Below, piece by piece: positions 1 through 8,515 of a stretch of DNA of 44,843 nucleotides (its first letter is position 1; the number at the start of each line of letters is the position of its first letter). Under the pieces are notes generated by a model. It was not told where the DNA came from. It worked only from the letters and a program-made list of their open reading frames with translations, and searched no databases. A program made the translations under genes and the position numbers. This stretch comes from a virus. Taxonomy: Duplodnaviria; Caudoviricetes. The stretch lies in the IMG/VR virus record IMGVR_UViG_3300025018_000030, positions 1 through 44,843 of that record; one strand, 5' to 3'.

Positions 1-127
1 TAATAAGTTCAATACGTTGCTGGTACTCTAAAGGTAACTGCTTTAAAGTAAGGGAGCCATGCTCTAAGTCAAACCACAGTATATTAAACTCTGCGGCTAT
101 AAGGCCAGCAAGGAGAGTCTTACCTGA
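1..127. repeat. Terminal direct repeat (left copy), most likely the assembly overlap of a circular contig
   Basis: 1-127 is identical to 44717-44843. 127 nt is a common assembler k-mer length, and the repeat falls inside a gene that is continuous across the junction. Confidence 0.95.
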
Positions 128-193
128 TTTAGACGGGCCATAGATACATATGTGGTGTCCTGTATCAGAGACAGAAGTATCAGACACTTTCAT
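1..193 (-). CDS. 5' part of Sak4-like/AAA_24 P-loop ATPase (continues at 44716-43914 across the circular junction; 331 aa total)
   Basis: ATG at 193 with GGAG upstream. Translates MKVSDTSVSDTGHHMCIYGPSKSGKTLLAG..WFDLEHG (Walker A GPSKSGKT) and joins in frame to ORF 43914..44675. Missed by the ORF track. Confidence 0.85.
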   Translation of the reverse strand, partial: MKVSDTSVSDTGHHICIYGPSKSGKTLLAGLIAAEFNILWFDLEHGSLTLKQLPLEYQQRIELI

Positions 194-704
194 TAGGAGT
201 CTCCTTCTCTACTTCCGGAGTACCTTCTTCTTTTGGAGTAGTTTCCTCTACGGGTTCAGGGATATTTTCCAATTCAGTAAATACTGAAACTGGGGTAAGT
301 ATCCCGTAGAATTCAGAGGCAGAACTGCGAAGTTCTTTATACTTGTCTAGCTCCGATTTAGGTACATGAGCCTCACATAAAGTAGTAAGCATTTCGTTAC
401 ATACCTCAGCAAAGCACAATTTATTATACTTCAACTTGTACACATCTACTGGAACATGCTGCTTTTTGAGCTTGTCCTCAAGTGTCTTTATCCGAGAGTC
501 CTGAATCGTAGCAAGCTTTGTAAGCTGTGCGTACACACCTAAGTTTTTAACTACACTTGCATTAACTTCGTGCTCCAAGTTCTCCATATCCTCAACTAGT
601 GCGGATATTTGGTAGTCATCTGGTAAGTTCTCACCAAACTTCGCTTTGATTGCATCTAATGCAACCTGTTTAATTGCGAGTATAACAAACGCTGGTAGTG
701 CCAT
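180..704 (-). CDS. Hypothetical protein, predicted coiled-coil, acidic C-terminus
   Basis: 174-aa ORF, AGGAG RBS upstream, co-oriented and overlapping the next start. Confidence 0.75.
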   Translation of the reverse strand: MALPAFVILAIKQVALDAIKAKFGENLPDDYQISALVEDMENLEHEVNASVVKNLGVYAQLTKLATIQDSRIKTLEDKLKKQHVPVDVYKLKYNKLCFAEVCNEMLTTLCEAHVPKSELDKYKELRSSASEFYGILTPVSVFTELENIPEPVEETTPKEEGTPEVEKETPNESV

Positions 705-769
705 TGGTATTCTCCTGCTAGGGGATAGTGGTTAAGTGGGATAATAACATATTTATTATTACTTACCTT

Positions 770-1453
770 TTACTTTTTAGTAGTAAGTGCGGCTAGCTTT
801 GCTTTTAAATCTAGGGGAGTTGGGGAAACAGCAACAGCTCCAGATGCGTTCGCAAATGTAATAGTTTTAGGGTCTGAATTCACAGCTATTGCAGCTAATT
901 CTTTTGGAATAAATCCAGAATTTTCTACTAGTTCCACATCGGCTGTTTCCAATCCATGCACTTGTGCTTGTAGATATGCGAGTCTACGTTCTGCACCGTC
1001 TATCTCTTGTTTAATAGTACGGATACTTGCTTCTTGTTGGGAACTTGTAGCTATCTCAGCCCAACCTTCTAAGTTCTGTTGGAGTTTAACAATTAGATTC
1101 TGCAAGCCTTCACACTCTACTGTAATAGATTGCAGTTGTTCTTCTGTAAGTTTAGCAGGAGCTTGCTTCACATGAACTTTTAATTTAGGAGTAGCTTCAC
1201 TAACTCCGGCTTCCCCAAAGCTAGCTACTTTGACTTCGCCTAGTCCGTGTGCAAGTACAGCATTGTGGGTTACATGGTCTAGCTTTGCTTTAATTGTAAT
1301 CCACTGCTGCTCTGGAAAATCAATAGTATTAACTATGTACTCTTCCGGGTTCTTCTGCTCTGCAATCCAAGCCTTAACTGCGGATTCAGAGTTTAAACGA
1401 TTAGATACAAAGTATTGAGTTGTTGGTACATGTATAGCATAAGATACTCGCAT
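770..1453 (-). CDS. Hypothetical protein, coiled-coil middle, C-terminal LKAKLAA motif
   Basis: 227-aa ORF, AAGGA RBS. Confidence 0.8.
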   Translation of the reverse strand: MRVSYAIHVPTTQYFVSNRLNSESAVKAWIAEQKNPEEYIVNTIDFPEQQWITIKAKLDHVTHNAVLAHGLGEVKVASFGEAGVSEATPKLKVHVKQAPAKLTEEQLQSITVECEGLQNLIVKLQQNLEGWAEIATSSQQEASIRTIKQEIDGAERRLAYLQAQVHGLETADVELVENSGFIPKELAAIAVNSDPKTITFANASGAVAVSPTPLDLKAKLAALTTKK

Positions 1454-1482
1454 AGCAGTTCCTTAGTAAGTTGAGGTACAAG

Positions 1483-1737
1483 TTAAAAATCGATTAGGGT
1501 ATTGGTGCGTGCATACTGCGTGAACTCCAGAGTAGACATAGCAATTACTCTAGTTAACTCCGCATTATATGTAATTACTAGTTGAGTAGCAGCTATCTTA
1601 GCTACTTGAGAAGGTACTCTACTATGGATAAGTTTAAGTTTAGAAATACATCCACGAAGTTTGAATATGTACCAGTTCCTTGCAGTAGCTTGGCGTTGTA
1701 GTGGAGTTGAAATTCTTGTACCTTTATTTTTTCTCAT
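1483..1737 (-). CDS. Small basic hypothetical protein
   Basis: 84-aa ORF abutting the nuclease stop, GAGG RBS. Confidence 0.7.
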   Translation of the reverse strand: MRKNKGTRISTPLQRQATARNWYIFKLRGCISKLKLIHSRVPSQVAKIAATQLVITYNAELTRVIAMSTLEFTQYARTNTLIDF

Positions 1738-1738
1738 A

Positions 1739-2713
1739 CTAAATTACCTCTAGTAGTTCTTCTTGGTGGCGTTTAATTTCTTCTAACTCATACACGAAAT
1801 CAAAGTACTTCATCTGTTTAAAGCTGGCACCCTCTGCTCCGTGAGTCTTAGCTACAGCTAGAAGTACTGCGTCTGGACTATCGCAACGCCCAAAGAATTC
1901 ACAAGGCTTGAAGAAATTGAAGCAGCTTTCCCCATACATAGGGTAGATATTTAACTCCCGATACATAGACTCTATCTCAATATCTAAGATCAGCCCATTG
2001 ATAAACTGTGCTCGTTGTACTCGGGACTTAGGATAGATGCGGTACTCGAATTCTTGCCTCGTACTCTTACCAATTAAATACAGTACTGAATAGGAACCTG
2101 TAGCTTCCAAGTCTCGGGCTATCGAATCTACTACTAAAGAGTACCCTAGTCCTTGGTCTGAGTTCTTATAACTAGAATCACTTACTTCAACAAATTTAGT
2201 AGTCTTAGCTTCTAATACAAGATACTTAGCTGCATCCTTCTCTTTAAGTACCAAATCTATGTGACCCTCATACACGTAGCCACCGTAGCAGTTAATGCAA
2301 AAGGTAAGTTCCACTGCTGGACGTAGTGTACCTTCAGCCGTAGGGAACATTGCAATCTCATAGTTGCGGAGGAAGTTAGTAGCAGGAGTTCGTAAGAGTT
2401 CGTAGAACTTTTGCACCATACGAATCGCATACCATAGGGACTTCTTAGAGTGGAAGTCTACTTCACTAATCGGCATAGTCCAAGCAGCAGCAGTACAGAC
2501 AGTAGCAAGGTTGATATTATCAGGCTCCACTACTAGTGATTGAATCCCTGCTGCAACTGCGTGGCCGTATGCAAAGTCAATAGTATTTTGGCGCATACCC
2601 AAGTTGTATATGTTCTCAAGTTGGAACTTACGCGGGCAAGCGTGGAGAGTGAGTCGTCGGGAATATGAGAGTCCCTTGCCATCACTGATACCATAGTCTA
2701 GTTTACCGGACAT
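1739..2713 (-). CDS. Cas4/RecB-like PD-(D/E)xK exonuclease, probable 4-Cys Fe-S cluster
   Basis: N-terminal LSYS..CPRKF; catalytic E..GHIDLV..LEAKTT; QxxxY (DQGLGY); C-terminal C-x6-C-x5-C. Confidence 0.85.
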   Translation of the reverse strand: MSGKLDYGISDGKGLSYSRRLTLHACPRKFQLENIYNLGMRQNTIDFAYGHAVAAGIQSLVVEPDNINLATVCTAAAWTMPISEVDFHSKKSLWYAIRMVQKFYELLRTPATNFLRNYEIAMFPTAEGTLRPAVELTFCINCYGGYVYEGHIDLVLKEKDAAKYLVLEAKTTKFVEVSDSSYKNSDQGLGYSLVVDSIARDLEATGSYSVLYLIGKSTRQEFEYRIYPKSRVQRAQFINGLILDIEIESMYRELNIYPMYGESCFNFFKPCEFFGRCDSPDAVLLAVAKTHGAEGASFKQMKYFDFVYELEEIKRHQEELLEVI

Positions 2714-2724
2714 GGAGCAATACC

Positions 2725-2841
2725 TTAGTTGTATTCATCGAAACCTCCGAGTACTGTAGGTTGCTTGGCCGCATACTTATTGGAGTCTCGTGCAGGTGCA
2801 GCGGCAGCAGCTATGAATTTGGACTGTAGTTTATTAGGCAT
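2725..2841 (-). CDS. 38-aa hypothetical peptide MPNKLQSKFIAAAAAPARDSNKYAAKQPTVLGGFDEYN
   Basis: Fills the gap between 2834..3373 and the nuclease. GGAGG RBS; start overlaps the upstream gene end. Below the ORF-track cutoff. Confidence 0.55.
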   Translation of the reverse strand: MPNKLQSKFIAAAAAPARDSNKYAAKQPTVLGGFDEYN

Positions 2842-3373
2842 TGGGGCCTCCGGGCTGATAAATAAGTTTACCACCACAAGCCATGCAGTATCCAGAGTCT
2901 TGGTACTTTAACTCAGGTAAGTTGTGTATACCGCCACACGCAGTTTGCCACTGACCGGGATAGAGTGGATCAGTGTACGGTAGTTGCACATACAAGCAAA
3001 AGTCTGGCGTGGGAAATACAGCCTTCGGGCCTATCTGGTACGGTGTCAAGCCCCCAAACTTGGGCGGATGGAGATATACTGGCACTTTGCAATACCCAGT
3101 ATCCTTACTTGGCTTTACAAGTGTAGTGTAGTGCCCTTCTGACCACTCAGCATAGTTGGTACTACAGACAAACCCAAAAGGCAACTCTTCCTCTGGACTT
3201 GGAGGTACAATCTTCGGGCCTATCTGGTAGGGTACAAAACCCTCGACACTTAGTTCACTCCCAAAATCAAACCAGCTACCTTCTTCATAGTAACAATCTG
3301 ACCAGACTGCTATCTTCCAGTCATCCCATTCGTAATCCTTAATCCAGTATGCTGCTTCTAATTCCAGTTCCAT
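2834..3373 (-). CDS. Modular hypothetical protein with internal PYQIGPK repeat and C-terminal Cys motifs
   Basis: 179-aa ORF, GGAGG RBS; 18-bp direct repeat at 3023-3040 and 3212-3229. Confidence 0.75.
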   Translation of the reverse strand: MELELEAAYWIKDYEWDDWKIAVWSDCYYEEGSWFDFGSELSVEGFVPYQIGPKIVPPSPEEELPFGFVCSTNYAEWSEGHYTTLVKPSKDTGYCKVPVYLHPPKFGGLTPYQIGPKAVFPTPDFCLYVQLPYTDPLYPGQWQTACGGIHNLPELKYQDSGYCMACGGKLIYQPGGPNA

Positions 3374-3382
3374 ACTACCCTC

Positions 3383-3838
3383 CTAGAACATTGCTTCCAA
3401 TTCATTAATAGTAAGATTTTTCTTACTCTTACCAGTTACTACTGCTGCTGCCATATTAGTATCAGTAAGGTAGAATAATCCGGCAGTAAGTGCTGCAAGT
3501 TGATCGTCATTAAGAAGGTGACAGAGTTCAGGGTACTGATTCAAGTTCTTGTTAATTTCTCGGAAGTAGTTTTCGATACCGGGAGCACGAGCTTCTACCC
3601 CCTGTCGTACTTCTGCAAGCTTACCTACAAAAGCTACAGGATCAAAACCTTCTAGCTGTTTCATGTGCTCAGAGACTACAAGTAAGCTACTCTCTACTGC
3701 ACTTACAGTAGGTGCTTGTTGTACCTGTGCTGCTGTCTGTATCTTACCTGCTGCAATGGGAGCAATGGGAGTAGAGGATTCCCCTGCCGCCTTCGCTGCT
3801 GCAAGTTTAGCTTTTAATAACTCTAAAGTATTAGCCAT
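3383..3838 (-). CDS. Hypothetical protein with N-terminal LKAKLAA motif and C-terminal ELEAMF
   Basis: 151-aa ORF, AGGA RBS. Confidence 0.8.
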   Translation of the reverse strand: MANTLELLKAKLAAAKAAGESSTPIAPIAAGKIQTAAQVQQAPTVSAVESSLLVVSEHMKQLEGFDPVAFVGKLAEVRQGVEARAPGIENYFREINKNLNQYPELCHLLNDDQLAALTAGLFYLTDTNMAAAVVTGKSKKNLTINELEAMF

Positions 3839-3875
3839 AATAGTATCCTAGATAGTATCCTAAGTAATAGTGTGC

Positions 3876-4181
3876 TTATTCAAAGTGCTTAGACAAGTCT
3901 CGGCAATCAGGGTCTAGTGTAAAGACTATAGTACCTGCATCTATATCCAGTACTGCTGAAATTTTAGCGTTAGGATTGATGCGTTTGTACTGCCAATCTT
4001 CATACTTCTGCTTAATGATTGCTTTACGTATGGTTTTTAACTGGCGTTCAATTTGCTGCGGAGTATATAGATGACTCTTAGCAAGTTGAATTTCTATTTT
4101 AAGTGCCAGTTTCAGGTCTTGCCACGTTATCGAGTACTTGCTCGCCGGGACTTTCATTAGGTTTACCTCTACTATCTGCAA
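3876..4181 (-). CDS. Small basic hypothetical protein, possible DNA-binding (true start may be MKVP at 4157)
   Basis: 101-aa ORF; basic helix ERQLKTIRKAIIKQK. Confidence 0.7.
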   Translation of the reverse strand: MQIVEVNLMKVPASKYSITWQDLKLALKIEIQLAKSHLYTPQQIERQLKTIRKAIIKQKYEDWQYKRINPNAKISAVLDIDAGTIVFTLDPDCRDLSKHFE

Positions 4182-4443
4182 AGATTATCTCAAACCCTTG
4201 CGGTGCTGGTACTAGGGATATTGTTATAAGGCTTGGGTTGTCTGGCGCAGGAGTGTACTTGAATATATACTTATCTAAAGTCTCCTCACCTGTAAAAGTT
4301 CTTACTGTCTCTGCTACACGCTTGGCTCTACTTAACCCAGCACGTAGACTAGCAAGTTGTTTCTCACTGTACACTACAATAGTAGGGTCAGGGGAGTTTG
4401 AATCTAGTATAACATCGAGGAGTTTCTGGTACATATTACTCAT
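4099..4443 (-). CDS. Small hypothetical protein, possible DNA-binding, first gene after the promoter at 4464-4493
   Basis: 114-aa ORF, GGAGAG RBS; helix EKQLASLRAGLSRAK. Confidence 0.75.
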   Translation of the reverse strand: MSNMYQKLLDVILDSNSPDPTIVVYSEKQLASLRAGLSRAKRVAETVRTFTGEETLDKYIFKYTPAPDNPSLITISLVPAPQGFEIIFADSRGKPNESPGEQVLDNVARPETGT

Positions 4444-4463
4444 TGCGATCTCTCCGAGTGCCT

Positions 4464-4493
4464 AGTATGGCACAGGTAAGGTGTAAGTGTCAA
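4464..4493 (-). promoter_or_regulatory. sigma70-like promoter
   Basis: Minus strand TTGACA-18 bp-CATACT with TG extended -10, in an intergenic gap. Confidence 0.75.
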
Positions 4494-4516
4494 GAAGATA
4501 TTAAGATATAGGTAGG

Positions 4517-4972
4517 TTAGTCCCAATAACTAGGTCTTAGTTGAGTAAGTAGCTCTTCCTGTCTAGGAGCATACCAGTATTGTACTGTGTTCCAAATGGA
4601 AGCTCTAGTAGGAGCTACTGGGAAAGTCTCACACCAGCCACATCCTTGGACTAACCAGCGTTCACCCTGTAAAGGATTTATTACCACAGCACCGCAGCCT
4701 AAACATACTACTGCTTTACTCCTGTACACAGTATTCTCTCCTTTTATCCAGCGGTAGTTATTCCGAGAGTGTCCGGGGCCAGAAGGTATTAGCTCTGCAT
4801 AGGCTAGTATATCCCACAGGTATCCATGCTTCCATTCCCAAACTGCTGCAACTGCACTAGACTTTCGCACAGACGCGTATATAAAGTGCCGCCACGCCTC
4901 AGGAGTAAGTCCAGCTACTCTAGTAATGGCAGAAATATAGAGTTGCGTATGAGGTTTAGTTGCTTGGCTCAT
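4517..4972 (-). CDS. Hypothetical protein with CxxC...CxxC zinc-ribbon-like motif
   Basis: 151-aa ORF, CLGC and CGWC; ATGA overlap with the upstream gene. Confidence 0.7.
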   Translation of the reverse strand: MSQATKPHTQLYISAITRVAGLTPEAWRHFIYASVRKSSAVAAVWEWKHGYLWDILAYAELIPSGPGHSRNNYRWIKGENTVYRSKAVVCLGCGAVVINPLQGERWLVQGCGWCETFPVAPTRASIWNTVQYWYAPRQEELLTQLRPSYWD

Positions 4973-5385
4973 AGTAAGGAATTATTAGCGTTCAATAGTT
5001 GATAGTAGTGAGTAATGGGAAAGTGCGGAGCAGTGCCAGTCCAGTTTAATCTCTCGGGTACTCCGGTTATGTAAGATTCACTATTCATTCTGTATACGAT
5101 TACTGTGCCGGGGCGTACTGGACATTCTTTCGTGCCTGCTAGTACAGGAATCCAGAGTTCATTATCAATTTGAGTACAGAATAAGAAAGTAAACTGATCT
5201 GTAGTTACTTCAGTTTTCCAGCCTTTATCATCCTGTATTATACCTTTACCGGTTTTGCTATCTCGGGATAGCGTGTAGTATAGTAATTGATAGTGCTCTT
5301 TAAGAGTAAATCTAGGAAAGAGTTCTGCTACTTCTGGTTTTAGTAGTGCAAAAGCAGGTAGTCTAGTCGCGTTATATGTGCTCAT
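4969..5385 (-). CDS. Hypothetical protein
   Basis: 138-aa ORF, GAGGA RBS, ATGA coupling. Confidence 0.7.
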   Translation of the reverse strand: MSTYNATRLPAFALLKPEVAELFPRFTLKEHYQLLYYTLSRDSKTGKGIIQDDKGWKTEVTTDQFTFLFCTQIDNELWIPVLAGTKECPVRPGTVIVYRMNSESYITGVPERLNWTGTAPHFPITHYYQLLNANNSLL

Positions 5386-5600
5386 ACTGGTATCCTCATT
5401 GGAAAATACAAAGCAGCAACAGAGAATAGGAATAGAAGTAAGAATACTACTATACCTCCAATAAAAATTGTTTTCTCGGCTTGGTTTAGTTTCGTAGAAG
5501 TTGGGATAGTTATATATAAAAATAGTAATACCCAGATTAGTAATCCTACTACTACATCAAACGGGTGAATCAGTACTGGTTGGTAAAGTATTGGTTGCAT
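5382..5600 (-). CDS. Small membrane protein with two predicted TM helices
   Basis: Two hydrophobic stretches. Start moved to ATG 5600 (MQPILY), which has a GAGGA RBS. Confidence 0.65.
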   Translation of the reverse strand: MQPILYQPVLIHPFDVVVGLLIWVLLFLYITIPTSTKLNQAEKTIFIGGIVVFLLLFLFSVAALYFPMRIPV

Positions 5601-5778
5601 TTGTAATATCCTCAGATAGAGTTTCGTCAATTGGCCATACTGCATCAGGCGCGGTAGTAAGAGGTTGGTGGTGTAAGCATAGTCCGTCTACTACTCCCCC
5701 ATACTGACCATTACATATACGGCAGCGGGCAGCAGGGTGCGCGTAGGGAAGGTTAGAGTTAGTGTATGGTAGCCCCAT
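5557..5778 (-). CDS. Small hypothetical protein with CxxC...CxxH motif
   Basis: ATG 5778 overlaps the upstream stop (TAATG) and follows GGAGGAGG; CRIC..CLHH. Confidence 0.6.
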   Translation of the reverse strand: MGLPYTNSNLPYAHPAARCRICNGQYGGVVDGLCLHHQPLTTAPDAVWPIDETLSEDITNATNTLPTSTDSPV

Positions 5779-5906
5779 TACTGTCCGTCCTCCTCCAAGT
5801 GTACTCGGGTAATCCAGCAATACTCATCCCAAGCTTCTGTAATAGCCTCATGGTTGAAGTACTGCCAGTCCCAACGGTACTGCATACTATCCAGTAAATC
5901 TTGCAT
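5778..5906 (-). CDS. 42-aa acidic/aromatic peptide MQDLLDSMQYRWDWQYFNHEAITEAWDEYCWITRVHLEEDGQ
   Basis: Strong AAGGAG RBS, starts 4 nt after the 5910 stop, TAATG-coupled to the next gene. Missed by the ORF track. Confidence 0.6.
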   Translation of the reverse strand: MQDLLDSMQYRWDWQYFNHEAITEAWDEYCWITRVHLEEDGQ

Positions 5907-5909
5907 CTA

Positions 5910-6278
5910 TTATCTCCTTCTTCGCTTAGTATTGCGTATGTTGAAGTTGCGTTCGTAGTACTGGTAAGACTTTGGATTAGTCTCATTGAACTTTCTAATA
6001 TCTGCTGGAGTTGTATAGGTAAGGTATGTAGCTTTGAATTCTGTAGCCAGTGCCTTTGCCTGTAGCTTTGCAGGTAGTCGATGGGAAAGTATCTCGCCGC
6101 TTTGAGTTTGGACATACTTCCCTTCCACTGAACTCCACTCGTATAAAGCTGCATAGTACCTTGGAGATATTAAATTTTCTATAGTCTCTACAGTCTCTAC
6201 AGTGGAGTACGGTTTAGGTACTTTAGGTTTCTCAATGTATGGAGCTTCGTAGATTATGGAAGTATCAGTAGGATTCAT
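5910..6278 (-). CDS. Hypothetical protein, basic C-terminus
   Basis: 122-aa ORF immediately after the helicase stop, GAGGAG RBS. Confidence 0.7.
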   Translation of the reverse strand: MNPTDTSIIYEAPYIEKPKVPKPYSTVETVETIENLISPRYYAALYEWSSVEGKYVQTQSGEILSHRLPAKLQAKALATEFKATYLTYTTPADIRKFNETNPKSYQYYERNFNIRNTKRRRR

Positions 6279-6280
6279 AA

Positions 6281-8515
6281 TTAGAATATCTCCTCGTCTT
6301 GGTTATCTTGATCGTCAGAGCTTGGCTTAGGTGCACCTAGTGGATTTTTCTTATCCCGGATTAGCTGTAACATTTCTGCTGCGAGTTCAGGGATAGGTCG
6401 GTTAAGTACGCTATTTATATCAGGAGAACGTCCTACTGCTTGAGCTTTCCTATTCTCAGCTTTCAATGCTTCTGCAAGTAGCTTATCCCGGAAGTACTTT
6501 AACTTTGCCTCCAAGTTATTGCCGGGAATACGTTGGGAGATTATACCTTTCTGAAATACAGAATCGTTCCCCTTACCTCGGTGCTCTCCAGAGTAGTATA
6601 CTCTCATATACTTACGTGCCCGAGTACAAGCAGTGTATAGAAGTTCTCGCTGAATCATAGTACTGTGAGAGTGGTGGAATAAGCAGAATACCTTACCCCA
6701 TTCAGAGCCTAGGGATTTATGCACAGTTAGCGCATAGGCAAAATACATCTTAGTTATATCGCCAGTACGAGAAATCTCTGCATTACCTCGATCAGGGTCG
6801 CCTAGGGATTCTAATATAATAGTGTGGGAGGCTTGGTGGAAAGCAGTATCATTTTCAGCAGACATAGAGAGATTCGCTATTAGCTCGAATTGTGCTTCTA
6901 AGTCCATCTGCTTTTGCTCCGCCATAAGTTCTAGTTGCTCCCTCACGTCTGAGTGCATACCCCAACGATCTAGCTTGGTACTCGCAGGTTGAGGAGACTT
7001 CCCTATATAATCTGCATTCCGTACTATGTCTGCAATTCTCCACTTGTTCTTATCCCAGTATACTATATCTCCTACAGCGTAGTAGTATTTAATAAATCCT
7101 GCTATAACTTCAAAGGTAGGAGACTCTAATGCAGTACTTACAGCTTGTGCTATATGCTTTGCAAGTTCAATAGAACCAAAACCTTTACCATAGGGAATTA
7201 ATACTACATCCTCCTCATAGTTAAAAGTATCTAGGGGGCTTGCAGGAGTTGTACCATCTTTCTCATGCCGAAAGTGCGCTTCTGCTAAATTGCGGAAGTG
7301 CTGTCCTGCATCCCGTAGTGCATCATCAGGTTCCTTTCTCAGTTTGAATGGTTTGAATTCCAATTCTCCAGCTACTTCAAATTTCTGTACTTGCAAATCA
7401 CTTAGTGGTCTACCTTCTAGGATTGCATAGGTAAACTTCTTAATAGGGGAATCTGTCTCCTGCCTGTATATATGATCGAGTTCTACTACTGGGTACTCTA
7501 AGAGTTTATATCCTAGAATAGCATCGCCGAATACAGGAGGAAGCTGGTTTAAGTCTCCTAGCAGTATCTCTACTTTAGAGGCAGGAGTTGCAGCATCTAC
7601 TAAATCATACAAGTCTATACCTACATTACCTGCTTCTTCCACTATTAGTACATCCAACTTAGGAATAGGATTCATGGAAGTGCGAGAAGGTACATACCGC
7701 ATAGAGTTACGAACATCTCCATTCTCATCTTCAAGCTCAAAGTAAGTTGGTTTGAATTCTAGTAATTTATGGGCAGTGAAGCATTGAGACTTGTATTCCG
7801 TAGGCATAGCTTCTTTAATGTTAGTAACAGCCTGATTAGTAAAAGAGATTACTGCTACAGCGGGTTTATCGGGAAGCATGTACTTTGTATCCTGTCCTGT
7901 TCTTATATTTGCAATCTTACCGGAAGCGTGTAGTACTTCTGCAATGATACGAGTAGTGGTAGTCTTACCAGATCCTGCACTACCTATAAGTACAAAGGAC
8001 TTACCCTGCTCTGCTAGGGATACAGCGGTGGCTTGTTTAGGGTTTAAATCCTCCGCTGTAATTTCGGACTTAGAGCGAGGCTCTGAGGAGAGGATAAGAG
8101 TACCTTCTACAGGAGTAGGAGTAGATTCGGATTCTGCTACTCTCGCAGGCAGTACTAGTTCCACTTCCTTAGGAGGTTGTGCTTTCTTTGCAGCTAGTGC
8201 AGCTTGTACTCGTAGCTTTGCAGCTAAATTCGCCGCATTAGTAGCAGCTAGCGAAGTACCTTTACTTGTCCCAGTGTTCGTACTTGCGTTCGTCGGGATA
8301 CCCGCAGCTACTTTAGTTTCCTGCATCTTTGCAAGTTCTGCTTGTCTCCTCTTTATACTTTCAAGTATAGCAAGAGAGGCTTTAAGCGGAGGTGCAGGTG
8401 CAGGTGCAGGTGTAGCGGGTACTGGGGCAGGAGGTACTTGCGGAGCTTCTTGCGCTTTCTTCTTACTTGCTGCTAGAAGTGCCTGTACTCTCGTTAAGTT
8501 TTGTAATTCAGACAT
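6281..8515 (-). CDS. RecD/Dda-like superfamily 1B DNA helicase with a long low-complexity N-terminus
   Basis: Walker A GSAGSGKTT, Walker B LIVEEAG, GDLNQLPPV, YRQ, YALTVHKSLGSEW, LLYTACTRAR. Confidence 0.9.
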   Translation of the reverse strand: MSELQNLTRVQALLAASKKKAQEAPQVPPAPVPATPAPAPAPPLKASLAILESIKRRQAELAKMQETKVAAGIPTNASTNTGTSKGTSLAATNAANLAAKLRVQAALAAKKAQPPKEVELVLPARVAESESTPTPVEGTLILSSEPRSKSEITAEDLNPKQATAVSLAEQGKSFVLIGSAGSGKTTTTRIIAEVLHASGKIANIRTGQDTKYMLPDKPAVAVISFTNQAVTNIKEAMPTEYKSQCFTAHKLLEFKPTYFELEDENGDVRNSMRYVPSRTSMNPIPKLDVLIVEEAGNVGIDLYDLVDAATPASKVEILLGDLNQLPPVFGDAILGYKLLEYPVVELDHIYRQETDSPIKKFTYAILEGRPLSDLQVQKFEVAGELEFKPFKLRKEPDDALRDAGQHFRNLAEAHFRHEKDGTTPASPLDTFNYEEDVVLIPYGKGFGSIELAKHIAQAVSTALESPTFEVIAGFIKYYYAVGDIVYWDKNKWRIADIVRNADYIGKSPQPASTKLDRWGMHSDVREQLELMAEQKQMDLEAQFELIANLSMSAENDTAFHQASHTIILESLGDPDRGNAEISRTGDITKMYFAYALTVHKSLGSEWGKVFCLFHHSHSTMIQRELLYTACTRARKYMRVYYSGEHRGKGNDSVFQKGIISQRIPGNNLEAKLKYFRDKLLAEALKAENRKAQAVGRSPDINSVLNRPIPELAAEMLQLIRDKKNPLGAPKPSSDDQDNQDEEIF

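Noticed and set aside
1-127. 127-bp repeat as a biological direct terminal repeat
   Set aside because: It interrupts a gene and matches a typical assembler k-mer length. Real termini are more likely near 13150-13400.
1739-2713. Cas4-like nuclease as evidence of a CRISPR-Cas system
   Set aside because: No cas1/cas2 and no repeat-spacer array. Solo Cas4-like exonucleases are common partners of phage recombinases.
5759-6154. 131-aa alternative-frame ORF
   Set aside because: It overlaps two ORFs that have strong RBSs and coupled junctions.
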